A stretch of 46,813 nt of DNA from Gemmatimonadota bacterium (GTDB lineage Bacteria; Gemmatimonadota; Gemmatimonadetes; Gemmatimonadales; GWC2-71-9). The notes below the pieces were generated by a model. That model had not been told where the DNA came from. It was given only the letters and a program-made list of their open reading frames with translations, and did not search any database. The stretch is taken from positions 1 to 46,813 of the forward strand of contig JBDHDE010000017.1 in assembly GCA_039591655.1 (NCBI GenBank), in the 5' to 3' direction. The translations under genes and the position numbers were made by a program. Shown here piece by piece: positions 36,270-45,377 of this stretch; within the stretch, counting starts at the first letter, position 1; each line of letters begins with the position of its first letter.

Positions 36270-37190
36270 GTGACGGGACCCGCCGATAAGCCCCCACTGG
36301 GCGCCACTGCCCCGCGCCGCTCCGCCGAGACCGTGTGCCCTGCATGCGGCGGCGCCGTGGTGCAAGGCCTCCCCTACTGTCCGTACTGCGGTGCGCGCGT
36401 TCGGACCGCCCCCGTCGGTTCCGCCTGTCCCCGCTGTGGAGCGGCGACCGCCGATTACATGAAGTTCTGCCCGGCGTGTGGGCAGGAGACGGCGGCGCGA
36501 CCGTCGCACCCGGCTGCGCCTCCTGCCGTCCCCGAGGGACCGCCGTCGCAGTTCGCCCTGGCGCTGGTCGACGAGTCGGGAACGGAGGTGGCCAGGTACA
36601 ATCTCTCCCAGGGCGACACGACGATCGGGCGGGAGGGTGCCCTCCTGGTGTTCCCGGATGACGTCTTCATGTCGCCGCTGCACGTGCGGCTCACCATCCG
36701 GGGCGACGAGCTCGTGGCCCGGGACCTGGGCAGCCGCAACGGGACCTGGCTATTCATCGCCGAGCCGCACCTCCTGGTCGACGGCGACCGGCTCCTGATC
36801 GGCTCGCAGGTCCTCGAGTACCGCCGGCTCGGCTACCCCGGGCCGCACCCCCCGGAGAGCGACGCCACCAGGCGCATGGGAAGCCTGGTGCCGAGCGCCG
36901 ACATCGCCTGCCTCACCCAACTCAGGAGCGACGGCTCCACGCGCGACACCATCCACCTCTCGCCCGGCAGGAACCTGCGGCTGGGGCGGGACCAGGGCGA
37001 CTACACCTTCCCCTACGACCCCTCGATGAGCGGAGCCCACGCCGAGATCCGCTCGGAGGATGCGGACTTCGTGGCGGTCGATCTCGAGAGCCGCAACGGC
37101 GTCGGGGTCGCCGCACGGGGTGAGGCGGTCCTCGCCGCGGGCTCGCGGTTCCTGGTTGGCGACAAGATGCTGCGCGTGGAGAGCCGGTGA
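36270..37190 (+). CDS. Double zinc-ribbon + tandem FHA domain protein
   Basis: CPAC/CPYC/CPRC/CPAC. FHA1 IGR...MSPLH...DLGSRNGT and FHA2 LGR...MSGAH...DLESRNG. GGGAG RBS before GTG 36270. Confidence 0.88.
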   Translation: MTGPADKPPLGATAPRRSAETVCPACGGAVVQGLPYCPYCGARVRTAPVGSACPRCGAATADYMKFCPACGQETAARPSHPAAPPAVPEGPPSQFALALVDESGTEVARYNLSQGDTTIGREGALLVFPDDVFMSPLHVRLTIRGDELVARDLGSRNGTWLFIAEPHLLVDGDRLLIGSQVLEYRRLGYPGPHPPESDATRRMGSLVPSADIACLTQLRSDGSTRDTIHLSPGRNLRLGRDQGDYTFPYDPSMSGAHAEIRSEDADFVAVDLESRNGVGVAARGEAVLAAGSRFLVGDKMLRVESR

Positions 37191-38830
37191 AGAGCTGCCC
37201 GGTCTGCGGGTCGGAGTGGCCCGACGACACCCGGTTCTGCCCCAAGGACGGCTCCACGCTGCGCGGCACCGAAGGCACCGACCTCGTGGGGAGCGTCATC
37301 GCCGACCGCTATCACATCGAGGAGAAACTCGGCGAGGGTGGCATGGGCACCGTATACCTCGGCGAGCACGTGAAGATGGGCCGCAAGAGCGCCATCAAGG
37401 TGATGGCCAAGTCCACGACCGGCGACGCGGAGGCCGTGGCGCGATTCAATCGGGAGGCCGCGAACGCAGCGCGTATCGGTCACCCCAACGTGTGCGCCAT
37501 TTACGACTTCGGGGAGACCGACGACGGCACCATCTACCTCGCCATGGAGTTCATCTCCGGCGAGTCGCTCAACGATCTGCTGAAGCGGGAAGGGGTGCTG
37601 CCTCCGGCCCGGATCGCGCCCATTCTCGAGCAGGTCGGCGCCGCCCTGGAGGCCGCACACGATCTGGGGATCGTCCATCGCGACCTCAAGCCGGACAACA
37701 TCATGCTCGCTGCCGGGCGGGACGGCACCGACGTCGTGAAGGTCGTGGACTTCGGCATCGCCAAGGCGATGAGGGGCGAGGAGGGCCAGAAGGTCACCCG
37801 CACGGGGCTCGTGGTGGGGACCCCGGAGTACATGAGCCCGGAGCAGCTCTCGGGCGACGTGCTCGACGGGCGCAGTGACATCTACTCCCTGGGACTGCTG
37901 TTCTACCGCATGCTCACCGGCGTACTCCCGTTCCAGGCCGACAGCGCCCAGGAGATGATGATCAAGCGGCTCACCGACGCCCCGCAGTCGCTGGCAGCGG
38001 CGGCTCCAGGCGCTGTGTTCCCCGCGCGGGTGCAGCAGGTGGTAGATCATGCGCTCCAGCGGATGCCGGCCGACCGCTACACCAGCGCCACCGAGATGGT
38101 GCGGGACGCGGTGGACGCGCTGTGCGGGATGTCGGCGACGGCGGCCGCTGTCGATACGGAGATCGCCACGGAGGTCATGGACTCCGCCGGCCTGGCCCGG
38201 ACGCGGGTCTCCGGAAGCGGCGCGCCGACGACCCCGAGAACACCGGCGCCGATCCAGAATCCTACAGTGCGCCGCAGGCGGCGACCCGTAGTGGCCCTCG
38301 CCGCTGCCGCCATCGTCGTGGCGGGCGGCGGCATCGCCGTCGTAGTGTCGGGCGGCGGCGAGCAGGCACCGGTCGGAGCGGACGACGCGGGCAGCGTCCC
38401 GCCTGCCACGCCGGACAGCGGCGAGCCTACGGCGGGACGGGCGGGCGGAGCACCGGCTGAGACCCGCGCGGATCCGGCGCCGCAGCGGCCCACCCGGCAG
38501 CAGCAGCAGGAGGCGGCAGGAGAAACCGACCGGCCACATGTGACCGGCATCGTTGACAGCGCTGCGGTGGACGGCGAATTACTTGATATGATCGAACTGA
38601 TCGACGATCGTGCGACACGCGCCGGCGCGATGCATCGGGCCGAGGAGATCTACGACACGCCGAACATGCCGCCCGTGCTGCGGGCGTCCGCTGCGAGCAT
38701 GCTCGGCTTCGGCCACCAGCTGGACGGAGGCACCTCGGAGGCTTGCCGTTGGCTGGGCGAAGCGATGCGGCTGGCGCCCGACAACACCGGATACCGCAAC
38801 CTGCACCAAAGGACGGGCTGCGCCTCGTGA
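37187..38830 (+). CDS. Membrane Ser/Thr protein kinase with N-terminal Zn-ribbon and C-terminal TPR-like helices
   Basis: CPVC...CPKD, GEGGMG, AIK, HRDLKPDN, DFG, GTPEYMSPE, DIYSLG. TM VVALAAAAIVVAGGGIAVVV. GTGA overlap. Confidence 0.93.
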   Translation: MKSCPVCGSEWPDDTRFCPKDGSTLRGTEGTDLVGSVIADRYHIEEKLGEGGMGTVYLGEHVKMGRKSAIKVMAKSTTGDAEAVARFNREAANAARIGHPNVCAIYDFGETDDGTIYLAMEFISGESLNDLLKREGVLPPARIAPILEQVGAALEAAHDLGIVHRDLKPDNIMLAAGRDGTDVVKVVDFGIAKAMRGEEGQKVTRTGLVVGTPEYMSPEQLSGDVLDGRSDIYSLGLLFYRMLTGVLPFQADSAQEMMIKRLTDAPQSLAAAAPGAVFPARVQQVVDHALQRMPADRYTSATEMVRDAVDALCGMSATAAAVDTEIATEVMDSAGLARTRVSGSGAPTTPRTPAPIQNPTVRRRRRPVVALAAAAIVVAGGGIAVVVSGGGEQAPVGADDAGSVPPATPDSGEPTAGRAGGAPAETRADPAPQRPTRQQQQEAAGETDRPHVTGIVDSAAVDGELLDMIELIDDRATRAGAMHRAEEIYDTPNMPPVLRASAASMLGFGHQLDGGTSEACRWLGEAMRLAPDNTGYRNLHQRTGCAS

Positions 38831-39861
38831 GATTCTTCGGCTCGAAGGGCTCCGGAATCCGCGTGACCCTGTTCGGCAAGACCGACGTGGGACGCACGCG
38901 GGAGCACAACGAGGACACGTTCCTCGTCGCCGACCTCTCGACGAAGGACGCCTCACTGCTTCCCAACGTCCGAGATCACGAGATCGGGCCCAAGGGCTCG
39001 CTGCTGGTGGTGGCGGACGGCATGGGCGGCGCCGCTGCGGGTGAGGTGGCAAGCAGGATGGCCACGGAGACCATCTTCGAGCACATGGTGCGGTCGTGGG
39101 CACACGACACGGAGAACACGCCGCAGCAGTTCGCCTATCGCCTCAAGGAGGCGGTCGAGGAGGCCAACACACGGATTCACAGCCACGCCAAGACGCACCC
39201 GGAGATGCGGGGCATGGGCACCACCACTACCGCAGTCGGCGTGCTGGGCGATCAACTCTATATCACCCAGGTGGGCGACTCACGGGCCTATCTGATCCGG
39301 TCAGGCGATGGCATCCAGCTCACCAAGGACCAGTCATTGATGCAGCGGCTGGTGGACGCAGGGGAGATCACCGAGGAGGAGGCCGAGAAGAGCGAGCGCC
39401 GCAACATCATCCTCCAGGCCCTCGGCCCGGACCCCAAGGTGCGGGTCGACCTCACCAACCAACAGGTCCGGCGTGGCGATCTCCTGGTGCTGTGCTCTGA
39501 CGGCCTCTCCGGCCAGGTGACGCGGGAGGAGATCGCCGAGATGGTCTCGAATCCGGGCAAGGACCTGCCAGACATGTGCGCCGAGCTCATCGACCTGGCC
39601 AACGAGCGCGGCGGTCCGGACAACATCACGGTGGTGGTCGCCCGGCTCACCGGTGAGGGGCTGCTCGAGGCCGAGGGTGAAGACTCCGTGGGCCACCAGG
39701 TCTACCCGCTCCTCGATCCGGAGTCCACCACGGAGCCGGTTCCGGTCTACAAGGGCTCCCAACCCCCCGTACCCGAGAACAAGGCCCGTATGATCGCCGC
39801 GGGCGTGGCGGCCGCGGCGATCGCCGCCCTCGCCCTCTTCGTCGCCGCGAGCGGCTTTTAG
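38827..39861 (+). CDS. PP2C-type Ser/Thr phosphatase (Stp1/IreP family), C-terminal membrane anchor
   Basis: TDVGRTREHNED, VADGMGG, QVGDSRAY, CSDGL, GGPDNIT. Hydrophobic tail. GTGA overlap with the kinase. Confidence 0.93.
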   Translation: MRFFGSKGSGIRVTLFGKTDVGRTREHNEDTFLVADLSTKDASLLPNVRDHEIGPKGSLLVVADGMGGAAAGEVASRMATETIFEHMVRSWAHDTENTPQQFAYRLKEAVEEANTRIHSHAKTHPEMRGMGTTTTAVGVLGDQLYITQVGDSRAYLIRSGDGIQLTKDQSLMQRLVDAGEITEEEAEKSERRNIILQALGPDPKVRVDLTNQQVRRGDLLVLCSDGLSGQVTREEIAEMVSNPGKDLPDMCAELIDLANERGGPDNITVVVARLTGEGLLEAEGEDSVGHQVYPLLDPESTTEPVPVYKGSQPPVPENKARMIAAGVAAAAIAALALFVAASGF

Positions 39862-39869
39862 ATCCCGCC

Positions 39870-41264
39870 GTGAAGGCCCAGGTCAAAGTCCTCACGGGCG
39901 CCCGGGCCGGGTATACCGAGGTATTCTCGAAGCCGTACATCGGCTTCGGCCGTCACCCCGCCTGCGACCTGCGCTTCGATCCGGAGCGTGACCTGGACGT
40001 CTCGGCGCGACACGCCGCAATCGTCGGCCAGGACGACCGCTGGCTCGTGCGGGACCTTGGGAGCCGCAACGGCACCCTGGTGAATGGGCACCGCATCACC
40101 CGCGACACCAAGCTCGACGACACGGACCAGATCCGGCTCGGCGAAGAGGGCCCCATTCTGGAGTTCCGGCTCGTGGCCGACGGCACGCCCGACGGGGTGA
40201 TGGCCGCCGGAACGCGGGCGGCGCACTCGCCGGCCGCCGCCGCCGTGGACCAGGGTCAGGGCCGGGTCAGCACCACGGAGCGCATCCGCGTCGAGGTGGG
40301 CCGCCAGACCCGCAAGCTCCGCGGGGTGGTGTTCGGCCTGCTGGCCTCGATCGTCGTGGTCGCTGCCGTCTTCATGTTCGCGAGCCACCAGCAGGAGCGG
40401 CGACGGGCGGCGGAGATGGCGGGGATCCAGGCGCGCACGGACAGCCTCCTCGGCGCCGCCGACGACGCGATGCATGCGTTGCAGGGAAAGGTCGAGGGGC
40501 TGGCCGGAGCGCTGCGCCACTCGCAGACCGAGGTCGGACGGCTCCGCGAGCTCCTCGCTTCCGCCCAGCAAGGGGGCAGCGACGAAGAGGTCGAGGCCCT
40601 CAAGCAGCAACTGGCGGACGCGTCGCAGGCACTGCAGTACCAGCAGACGGCGGCGTTCGTCGACTACGGCGGCATAGTGGAGCGCAACCAAAGGGCCGTG
40701 GCCATGATCTGGGTGGAGTTCGCGCCGGGAGAGGTCGTCACGGCCACGGCCTTCGCGGTGCGCTCCGACGGCGTGCTGCTCACCAACCGGCACGTCGTGA
40801 CCGGCCAGGACGGCTCCCGCCGGCCAGACCGCATTGCGGTGCGCTTCGCGGACTCCAGGCAGAACTGGCGGGCGCAGATCGTGGGCCTCTCTCCCGAGGC
40901 CGACATCGCGGCCATCAAGGTGGACATCACTGGCGGCGTGCCGACGGTGCAGCTCAACGCCCGCTCTGATACCGTCCGCCAGGGCGACCCCATCGCCCTC
41001 ATTGGCTTTCCGCTGGGGACCGAGCTGCCCATGTCGGGGGAGTTCGCCCGGACCAGCTTCTGGGCCGGGTCGGTGAGCAAGATCCTGGACGACCTGCTCC
41101 AGGTGGACGCCTACGGCGCCGAGGGTGCCAGTGGCAGCCCGATCTTCGACCGCAACGGCGAGGTGGTGGGAGTCCTCTACGGCGGGCAGGAAGGCTCGGG
41201 CGGCAGGATCGTTTTCGGCGTGCCGTCGCGCTACGCGGTTGGGTTGCTGGAGACGATCGACTAG
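39870..41264 (+). CDS. FHA - TM - coiled coil - trypsin-like serine protease
   Basis: FHA (FGR, VSARHA, DLGSRNGT). TM VVFGLLASIVVVAAVFMF. Heptad region. Triad motifs TNRHVV, DIAAI, GASGSP. No PDZ domain. Confidence 0.9.
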   Translation: MKAQVKVLTGARAGYTEVFSKPYIGFGRHPACDLRFDPERDLDVSARHAAIVGQDDRWLVRDLGSRNGTLVNGHRITRDTKLDDTDQIRLGEEGPILEFRLVADGTPDGVMAAGTRAAHSPAAAAVDQGQGRVSTTERIRVEVGRQTRKLRGVVFGLLASIVVVAAVFMFASHQQERRRAAEMAGIQARTDSLLGAADDAMHALQGKVEGLAGALRHSQTEVGRLRELLASAQQGGSDEEVEALKQQLADASQALQYQQTAAFVDYGGIVERNQRAVAMIWVEFAPGEVVTATAFAVRSDGVLLTNRHVVTGQDGSRRPDRIAVRFADSRQNWRAQIVGLSPEADIAAIKVDITGGVPTVQLNARSDTVRQGDPIALIGFPLGTELPMSGEFARTSFWAGSVSKILDDLLQVDAYGAEGASGSPIFDRNGEVVGVLYGGQEGSGGRIVFGVPSRYAVGLLETID

Positions 41265-41269
41265 CGCAG

Positions 41270-42391
41270 TCAGCCCAAGGTCACCGTCCCCAGCACCCGG
41301 GGGGCCCGGGCCCCGGTGGCGCTCGGCACGTTCCCCTCCAACCCCTCCAGGCTGCGCCACCCGAGGTAGGCGAACACCGCAGCCTCTTTGGCGTCGCCGT
41401 CGAAGAATTCGTCGTCGAACCGCCGCACCGTCCAGCCGTCGAGCAGCTCGGCGAGACGGGTCATCAGCGTCGGGTTGCGCGCCCCACCGCCGGAGACGAG
41501 CACGTCCCGCTCCCCTGCCGCGGGGAGCCACCGTGTGAGACCGAGGGCCACCGAGCGTACGGTGAGCTCCAGCGCCGTGGCGATGGCGTCCTCGCCGGTG
41601 GCGCTCCCGCGGCGCTCCCGCACCCGGCGCAACAGTGCCGCCGCATACGCGTCGCCGAACGCCTCCCGCCCCGTGCTCTTGGGCGGCGGAGCCGCGAAGT
41701 AGGGGTGCGCCAGAAGCTCAGCGAGCACACCCTCGTCGGCCGTTCCCCGGGCCGCGCGGCGCCCACCCTCATCGAACGCGGCATGGGGATCGAGCAGCCG
41801 CACCCCCGCGTCGATCACCGCCATACCGGGGCCGGTGTCGAACGCCACGACGCCGTCGGTGACGCCCCGGCGCGGCACCCATGTGACGTTGGCCATACCT
41901 CCCAGGTTCAGCAGCGCCCGACCGCGCTCCCCATGGCCGAAGAGCACGGCGTCGGCCAGGGGAACCAGGGGAGCCCCCTGCCCTCCGGCCGCCACGTCGC
42001 GACTGCGAAAATCGCTCACCACGCGGACGCCGAGGCGCTCCGCGATGGTGGCGGGACAGCCCAGCTGCAACGTCGCGCGACCCGGCTCGTGCCACACCGT
42101 CTGTCCGTGGGAGGCCGCCAGGGCGATGTCCCGGACTGAGCTCCCCGCCGCCTCGAGCGCATCGAGCGCGGCATCGGCGATCCAGTCCCCCAGATCTCTG
42201 TGGAGCAGAGCGAGGTGGCGCGCCGTGCCCTGCGAGACGGCCTCGAGAATCGCGCTGCGCTGCTCGGCCGTGTACGGTCGCGTGTGGAACGCCACGAGGC
42301 GCAGCGACCCGGGGTCCTGGATCTCGACGAGCGCCGCGTCGACGCCGTCGAGCGACGTACCCGACATCAGCCCCAGGACCAGCGCACTCAT
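41270..42391 (-). CDS. anmK: Anhydro-N-acetylmuramic acid kinase
   Basis: GLMSGTSLDGVD, SHGQTVWH, DFRSRDVAAGGQGAPLVP, FDTGPG, PPKSTGRE, KEA. Confidence 0.96.
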   Translation of the reverse strand: MSALVLGLMSGTSLDGVDAALVEIQDPGSLRLVAFHTRPYTAEQRSAILEAVSQGTARHLALLHRDLGDWIADAALDALEAAGSSVRDIALAASHGQTVWHEPGRATLQLGCPATIAERLGVRVVSDFRSRDVAAGGQGAPLVPLADAVLFGHGERGRALLNLGGMANVTWVPRRGVTDGVVAFDTGPGMAVIDAGVRLLDPHAAFDEGGRRAARGTADEGVLAELLAHPYFAAPPPKSTGREAFGDAYAAALLRRVRERRGSATGEDAIATALELTVRSVALGLTRWLPAAGERDVLVSGGGARNPTLMTRLAELLDGWTVRRFDDEFFDGDAKEAAVFAYLGWRSLEGLEGNVPSATGARAPRVLGTVTLG

Positions 42392-43314
42392 GTGATCACC
42401 GGGGGTGGGTCCCCCGCGGCGCGGCGCACCCATCCCTCGGCCTCGGCCAGGAGCTCTCGGGCCCGGTCGGCTCCGACTTCGCGGCGCACCATTACGATGG
42501 CAAGCTTCACATCGCCGCCCGCCCCCTCGATGGCCCCCCGGGCCTCTTCCCGGCCCACCGCACACGCTTCCATCACGATCCGCTCGCCGCGGTCGCGCAG
42601 CTTCTCGCTCAGCGCCATGAGGTCCACCATCAGGTTGCCGTACGCCCTACCGCTCCTGATCATGGCGCCGGTCGTGATCGTGTTGAGGGCCAGCTTGGTC
42701 GCCGTGCCCGCCTTGAGCCGCGTCGAGCCGGTGAGCACCTCGGGGCCCGCGCGCAGCACGATGGCGACGTCGCACGTCGTCGCCAGCTCCTGCGGCGGAT
42801 CCGAGCAGGTGAGGAACACGGTGCGCGCCTCGAGCTCCCGGCCCCGGCGGAGTGCGGCCTGGACGAACGGAGTCGTACCGCTGGCGGCGATCCCCATCAC
42901 CACGTCCCGCGCCGACACGCCGTGCTGGTCCATCGCCCGGGCACCGGCGGGGCCGTCGTCCTCGGCACCCTCCTGACTGCGGTCCAGGGCCGGGCGCCCG
43001 CCGGCGATGACGCCAACGACCATCTCGGGCGGCGTGCCGAACGTGGGCGGGCACTCGGTGGCGTCCAACACGCCTAGCCGACCGCTGGTTCCCGCGCCGA
43101 CGTACACCAGGCGGCCGCCCGCCCGGAAGGCGTCCACCACCAGCTCGATGACGTGGGCGATCTCCTCCCGCGCCCGGTGCACCACCTCCGGCACCGTGCG
43201 ATCCTCGGCGTTCAACAGATCGACGATCTCCAGAACGGAGGCCACGTCGATGCGCTCGGTGCGGGGATTGCGCCGCTCGGTCAGGCGCGGATCCAGGAAG
43301 TCGGGCGTCGGCAT
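42388..43314 (-). CDS. murQ: N-acetylmuramic acid 6-phosphate etherase
   Basis: TERRNP, GAGTSGRLGVLDATECPPTFG, GPEVLTGSTRLKAGTA, GNLMVD. ATGA overlap with anmK. Confidence 0.97.
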   Translation of the reverse strand: MPTPDFLDPRLTERRNPRTERIDVASVLEIVDLLNAEDRTVPEVVHRAREEIAHVIELVVDAFRAGGRLVYVGAGTSGRLGVLDATECPPTFGTPPEMVVGVIAGGRPALDRSQEGAEDDGPAGARAMDQHGVSARDVVMGIAASGTTPFVQAALRRGRELEARTVFLTCSDPPQELATTCDVAIVLRAGPEVLTGSTRLKAGTATKLALNTITTGAMIRSGRAYGNLMVDLMALSEKLRDRGERIVMEACAVGREEARGAIEGAGGDVKLAIVMVRREVGADRARELLAEAEGWVRRAAGDPPPVIT

Positions 43315-43386
43315 CGTGCTCCCGGGTGAAGTGCTACATTTGGATTCAATCTCCACGGGGCTCGCGCCCCGGTCAACGAGGCACGC

Positions 43387-45144
43387 ATGCGACGACAGAG
43401 CTTCTGGGGACGGGCGGTGTGCTGGGCGGTGCTGGCGGCCGTCGTCGTCCCTGCCTGCGGCCGGCACAGCCCTGCCCCGGCAGTGGCGCTCCCCTCGCCC
43501 CACATCCCCACCGACTGGCCGGTGATCGCGGAGGCGCATGCGGTCCCCGCCTCCCGGGCGGTGGTCTCATCGATGCATCCCATTGCCAGCGAGGTGGGAG
43601 CGCAGGTCCTGCACCGCGGCGGCAACGCCGTTGACGCGGCGGTGGCGGTGGGCTTCGCGCTCGCGGTGGTGCACCCGTCGGCCGGCAACATCGGGGGCGG
43701 GGGGTTCATGGTGATCCGCTTTGCCGACGGCTCGGTGCAGACCCTGGACTACCGCGAGGCCGCCCCGGGCCGCGCCACCCGCGACATGTACCTCGACTCC
43801 GCCGGCAACCTCACCGACAAGGGCGTGATCGGCCATCTGGCCGCCGGCGTGCCCGGAAGCGTGGCAGGGCTCACCGAGGCACAGCACCGCTTCGGGACGC
43901 TCCCGCTGGCCGAGGTGCTGGCGCCGGCCATCCGGCTGGCGCGGGACGGTCACGTGCTGGACGAGCCCCGCGCCCGGGGCCTCAGCCGCGCCGCGGAGCA
44001 CCTGCGGCGCTTCCAGGGCTCGCGCGAGACGTTCCTGCTGCCCGGCGGGGAAGCGCCCCCCGAGGGCTACCTCTTCGTCCAGCCGGACCTCGCCCGCACG
44101 CTCCAGGCCATCTCCGACAGCGGTCCCCGGGTGTTCTACGAGGGGTACATCGCCGATCTGATCGTCGCTGAGATGGAGCAGGGCGGCGGGCTGATCTCGA
44201 GGCGGGACCTGGCAGCCTACGAGGCCGTCTGGCGCGACCCCGTCGAGATCCGCTACCGCGGCCATACGGTCTACTCGATGGCTCCGGTGAGCTCGGGTGG
44301 GGTCACGATGGGCGAGATACTGAACATCCTGGAGGGGTACGATACGCTGCCGGAGTTCGGCAGTGCCGAGCAGGTTCACCTGCTGGCCGAGGCCATGCGG
44401 CGCGCCTTCGTGGATCGCAACCACTATCTGGGCGACCCGGCCTTCGTCGAGATGCCCCTCGAGCAGCTGCTCTCCAAGTCCTACGCCGCCGAGCGGCGCC
44501 GCTCCATCGACGCGACCCGTGCCAGCGCCACGCCCGAGCTGCGCCCCGGCGCGGGCGATGGGAACCACACAACGCACTACTCCGTGGTAGACGCCGCGGG
44601 GAACGCAGTCAGCGTGACGACGACCCTCAACTTCGGCTACGGCAGCAAGGTCACCGTGTCCGGCGCGGGATTCCTGCTCAACGACGAGATGGACGACTTT
44701 ACGAGCGCGCCGGGGCGGCCGAACATGTACGGGCTCATCCAGGGGGAGGCCAACGCTATCGTGCCCGGCAAGCGCATGCTCTCGTCGATGACGCCATCCA
44801 TCGTGCTGGCCCCCGACGGCGAGCTCATGATGGTGGTGGGCACGCCGGGCGGCCCCACGATCATCACCACGGTTACCCAGGTCATCTCCAACGTCATCGA
44901 CCACGGCATGAGCCTCGCCGAAGCCATAGGCGCGCCGCGGATCCACCACCAGGCGCTCCCCGACACGATCCGCTACGAGCGGGGAGGGCTCGCACCGGCG
45001 GTGGCGGCGCGCCTCGAGGCGATGGGCCACGCCCTCGCCGAGCGCGACGGCTACAGCGGGGAGGTGGCAGGGATCATCCGGTCCGCCGAGAGCTGGATCG
45101 CGGTGGCCGACCCGCGCTCGGGAGGAGGTTCGGCGGGCTACTGA
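43387..45144 (+). CDS. ggt: Gamma-glutamyltransferase (probable lipoprotein)
   Basis: GGNAVDAAVA, GNIGGGGF, DYRE, autocleavage HTTHYSVVD, LNDEMDDF, PGKRMLSSMTP, GTPGG. Confidence 0.95.
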   Translation: MRRQSFWGRAVCWAVLAAVVVPACGRHSPAPAVALPSPHIPTDWPVIAEAHAVPASRAVVSSMHPIASEVGAQVLHRGGNAVDAAVAVGFALAVVHPSAGNIGGGGFMVIRFADGSVQTLDYREAAPGRATRDMYLDSAGNLTDKGVIGHLAAGVPGSVAGLTEAQHRFGTLPLAEVLAPAIRLARDGHVLDEPRARGLSRAAEHLRRFQGSRETFLLPGGEAPPEGYLFVQPDLARTLQAISDSGPRVFYEGYIADLIVAEMEQGGGLISRRDLAAYEAVWRDPVEIRYRGHTVYSMAPVSSGGVTMGEILNILEGYDTLPEFGSAEQVHLLAEAMRRAFVDRNHYLGDPAFVEMPLEQLLSKSYAAERRRSIDATRASATPELRPGAGDGNHTTHYSVVDAAGNAVSVTTTLNFGYGSKVTVSGAGFLLNDEMDDFTSAPGRPNMYGLIQGEANAIVPGKRMLSSMTPSIVLAPDGELMMVVGTPGGPTIITTVTQVISNVIDHGMSLAEAIGAPRIHHQALPDTIRYERGGLAPAVAARLEAMGHALAERDGYSGEVAGIIRSAESWIAVADPRSGGGSAGY

Positions 45145-45377
45145 CCGGGGCGGGCCAACCCGGGTGCGCTGCACCGGCAGTGCACGCCCCTGTGAGGCTC
45201 GTTGCTCACGCAGCCGGTGCGGCGAGGTGCCGCCTGGCGCGAGCCGTGCAGCCCCGGTAACTTCTCTACCCGGCGTCGTATGTCGTTCATTCGGTGAGGG
45301 TTACACGACGCCGCCCCGCGAGGGTCAACGAGCTGTATGGCATTCAGGGCAGCAGCGGTGAGAGAGGTCGATATCCC

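Noticed and set aside
36270..41264. T6SS regulatory module or TerY-P-type anti-phage triad
   Set aside because: No T6SS structural genes and no vWA/TerY protein. The kinases are membrane receptor-type.
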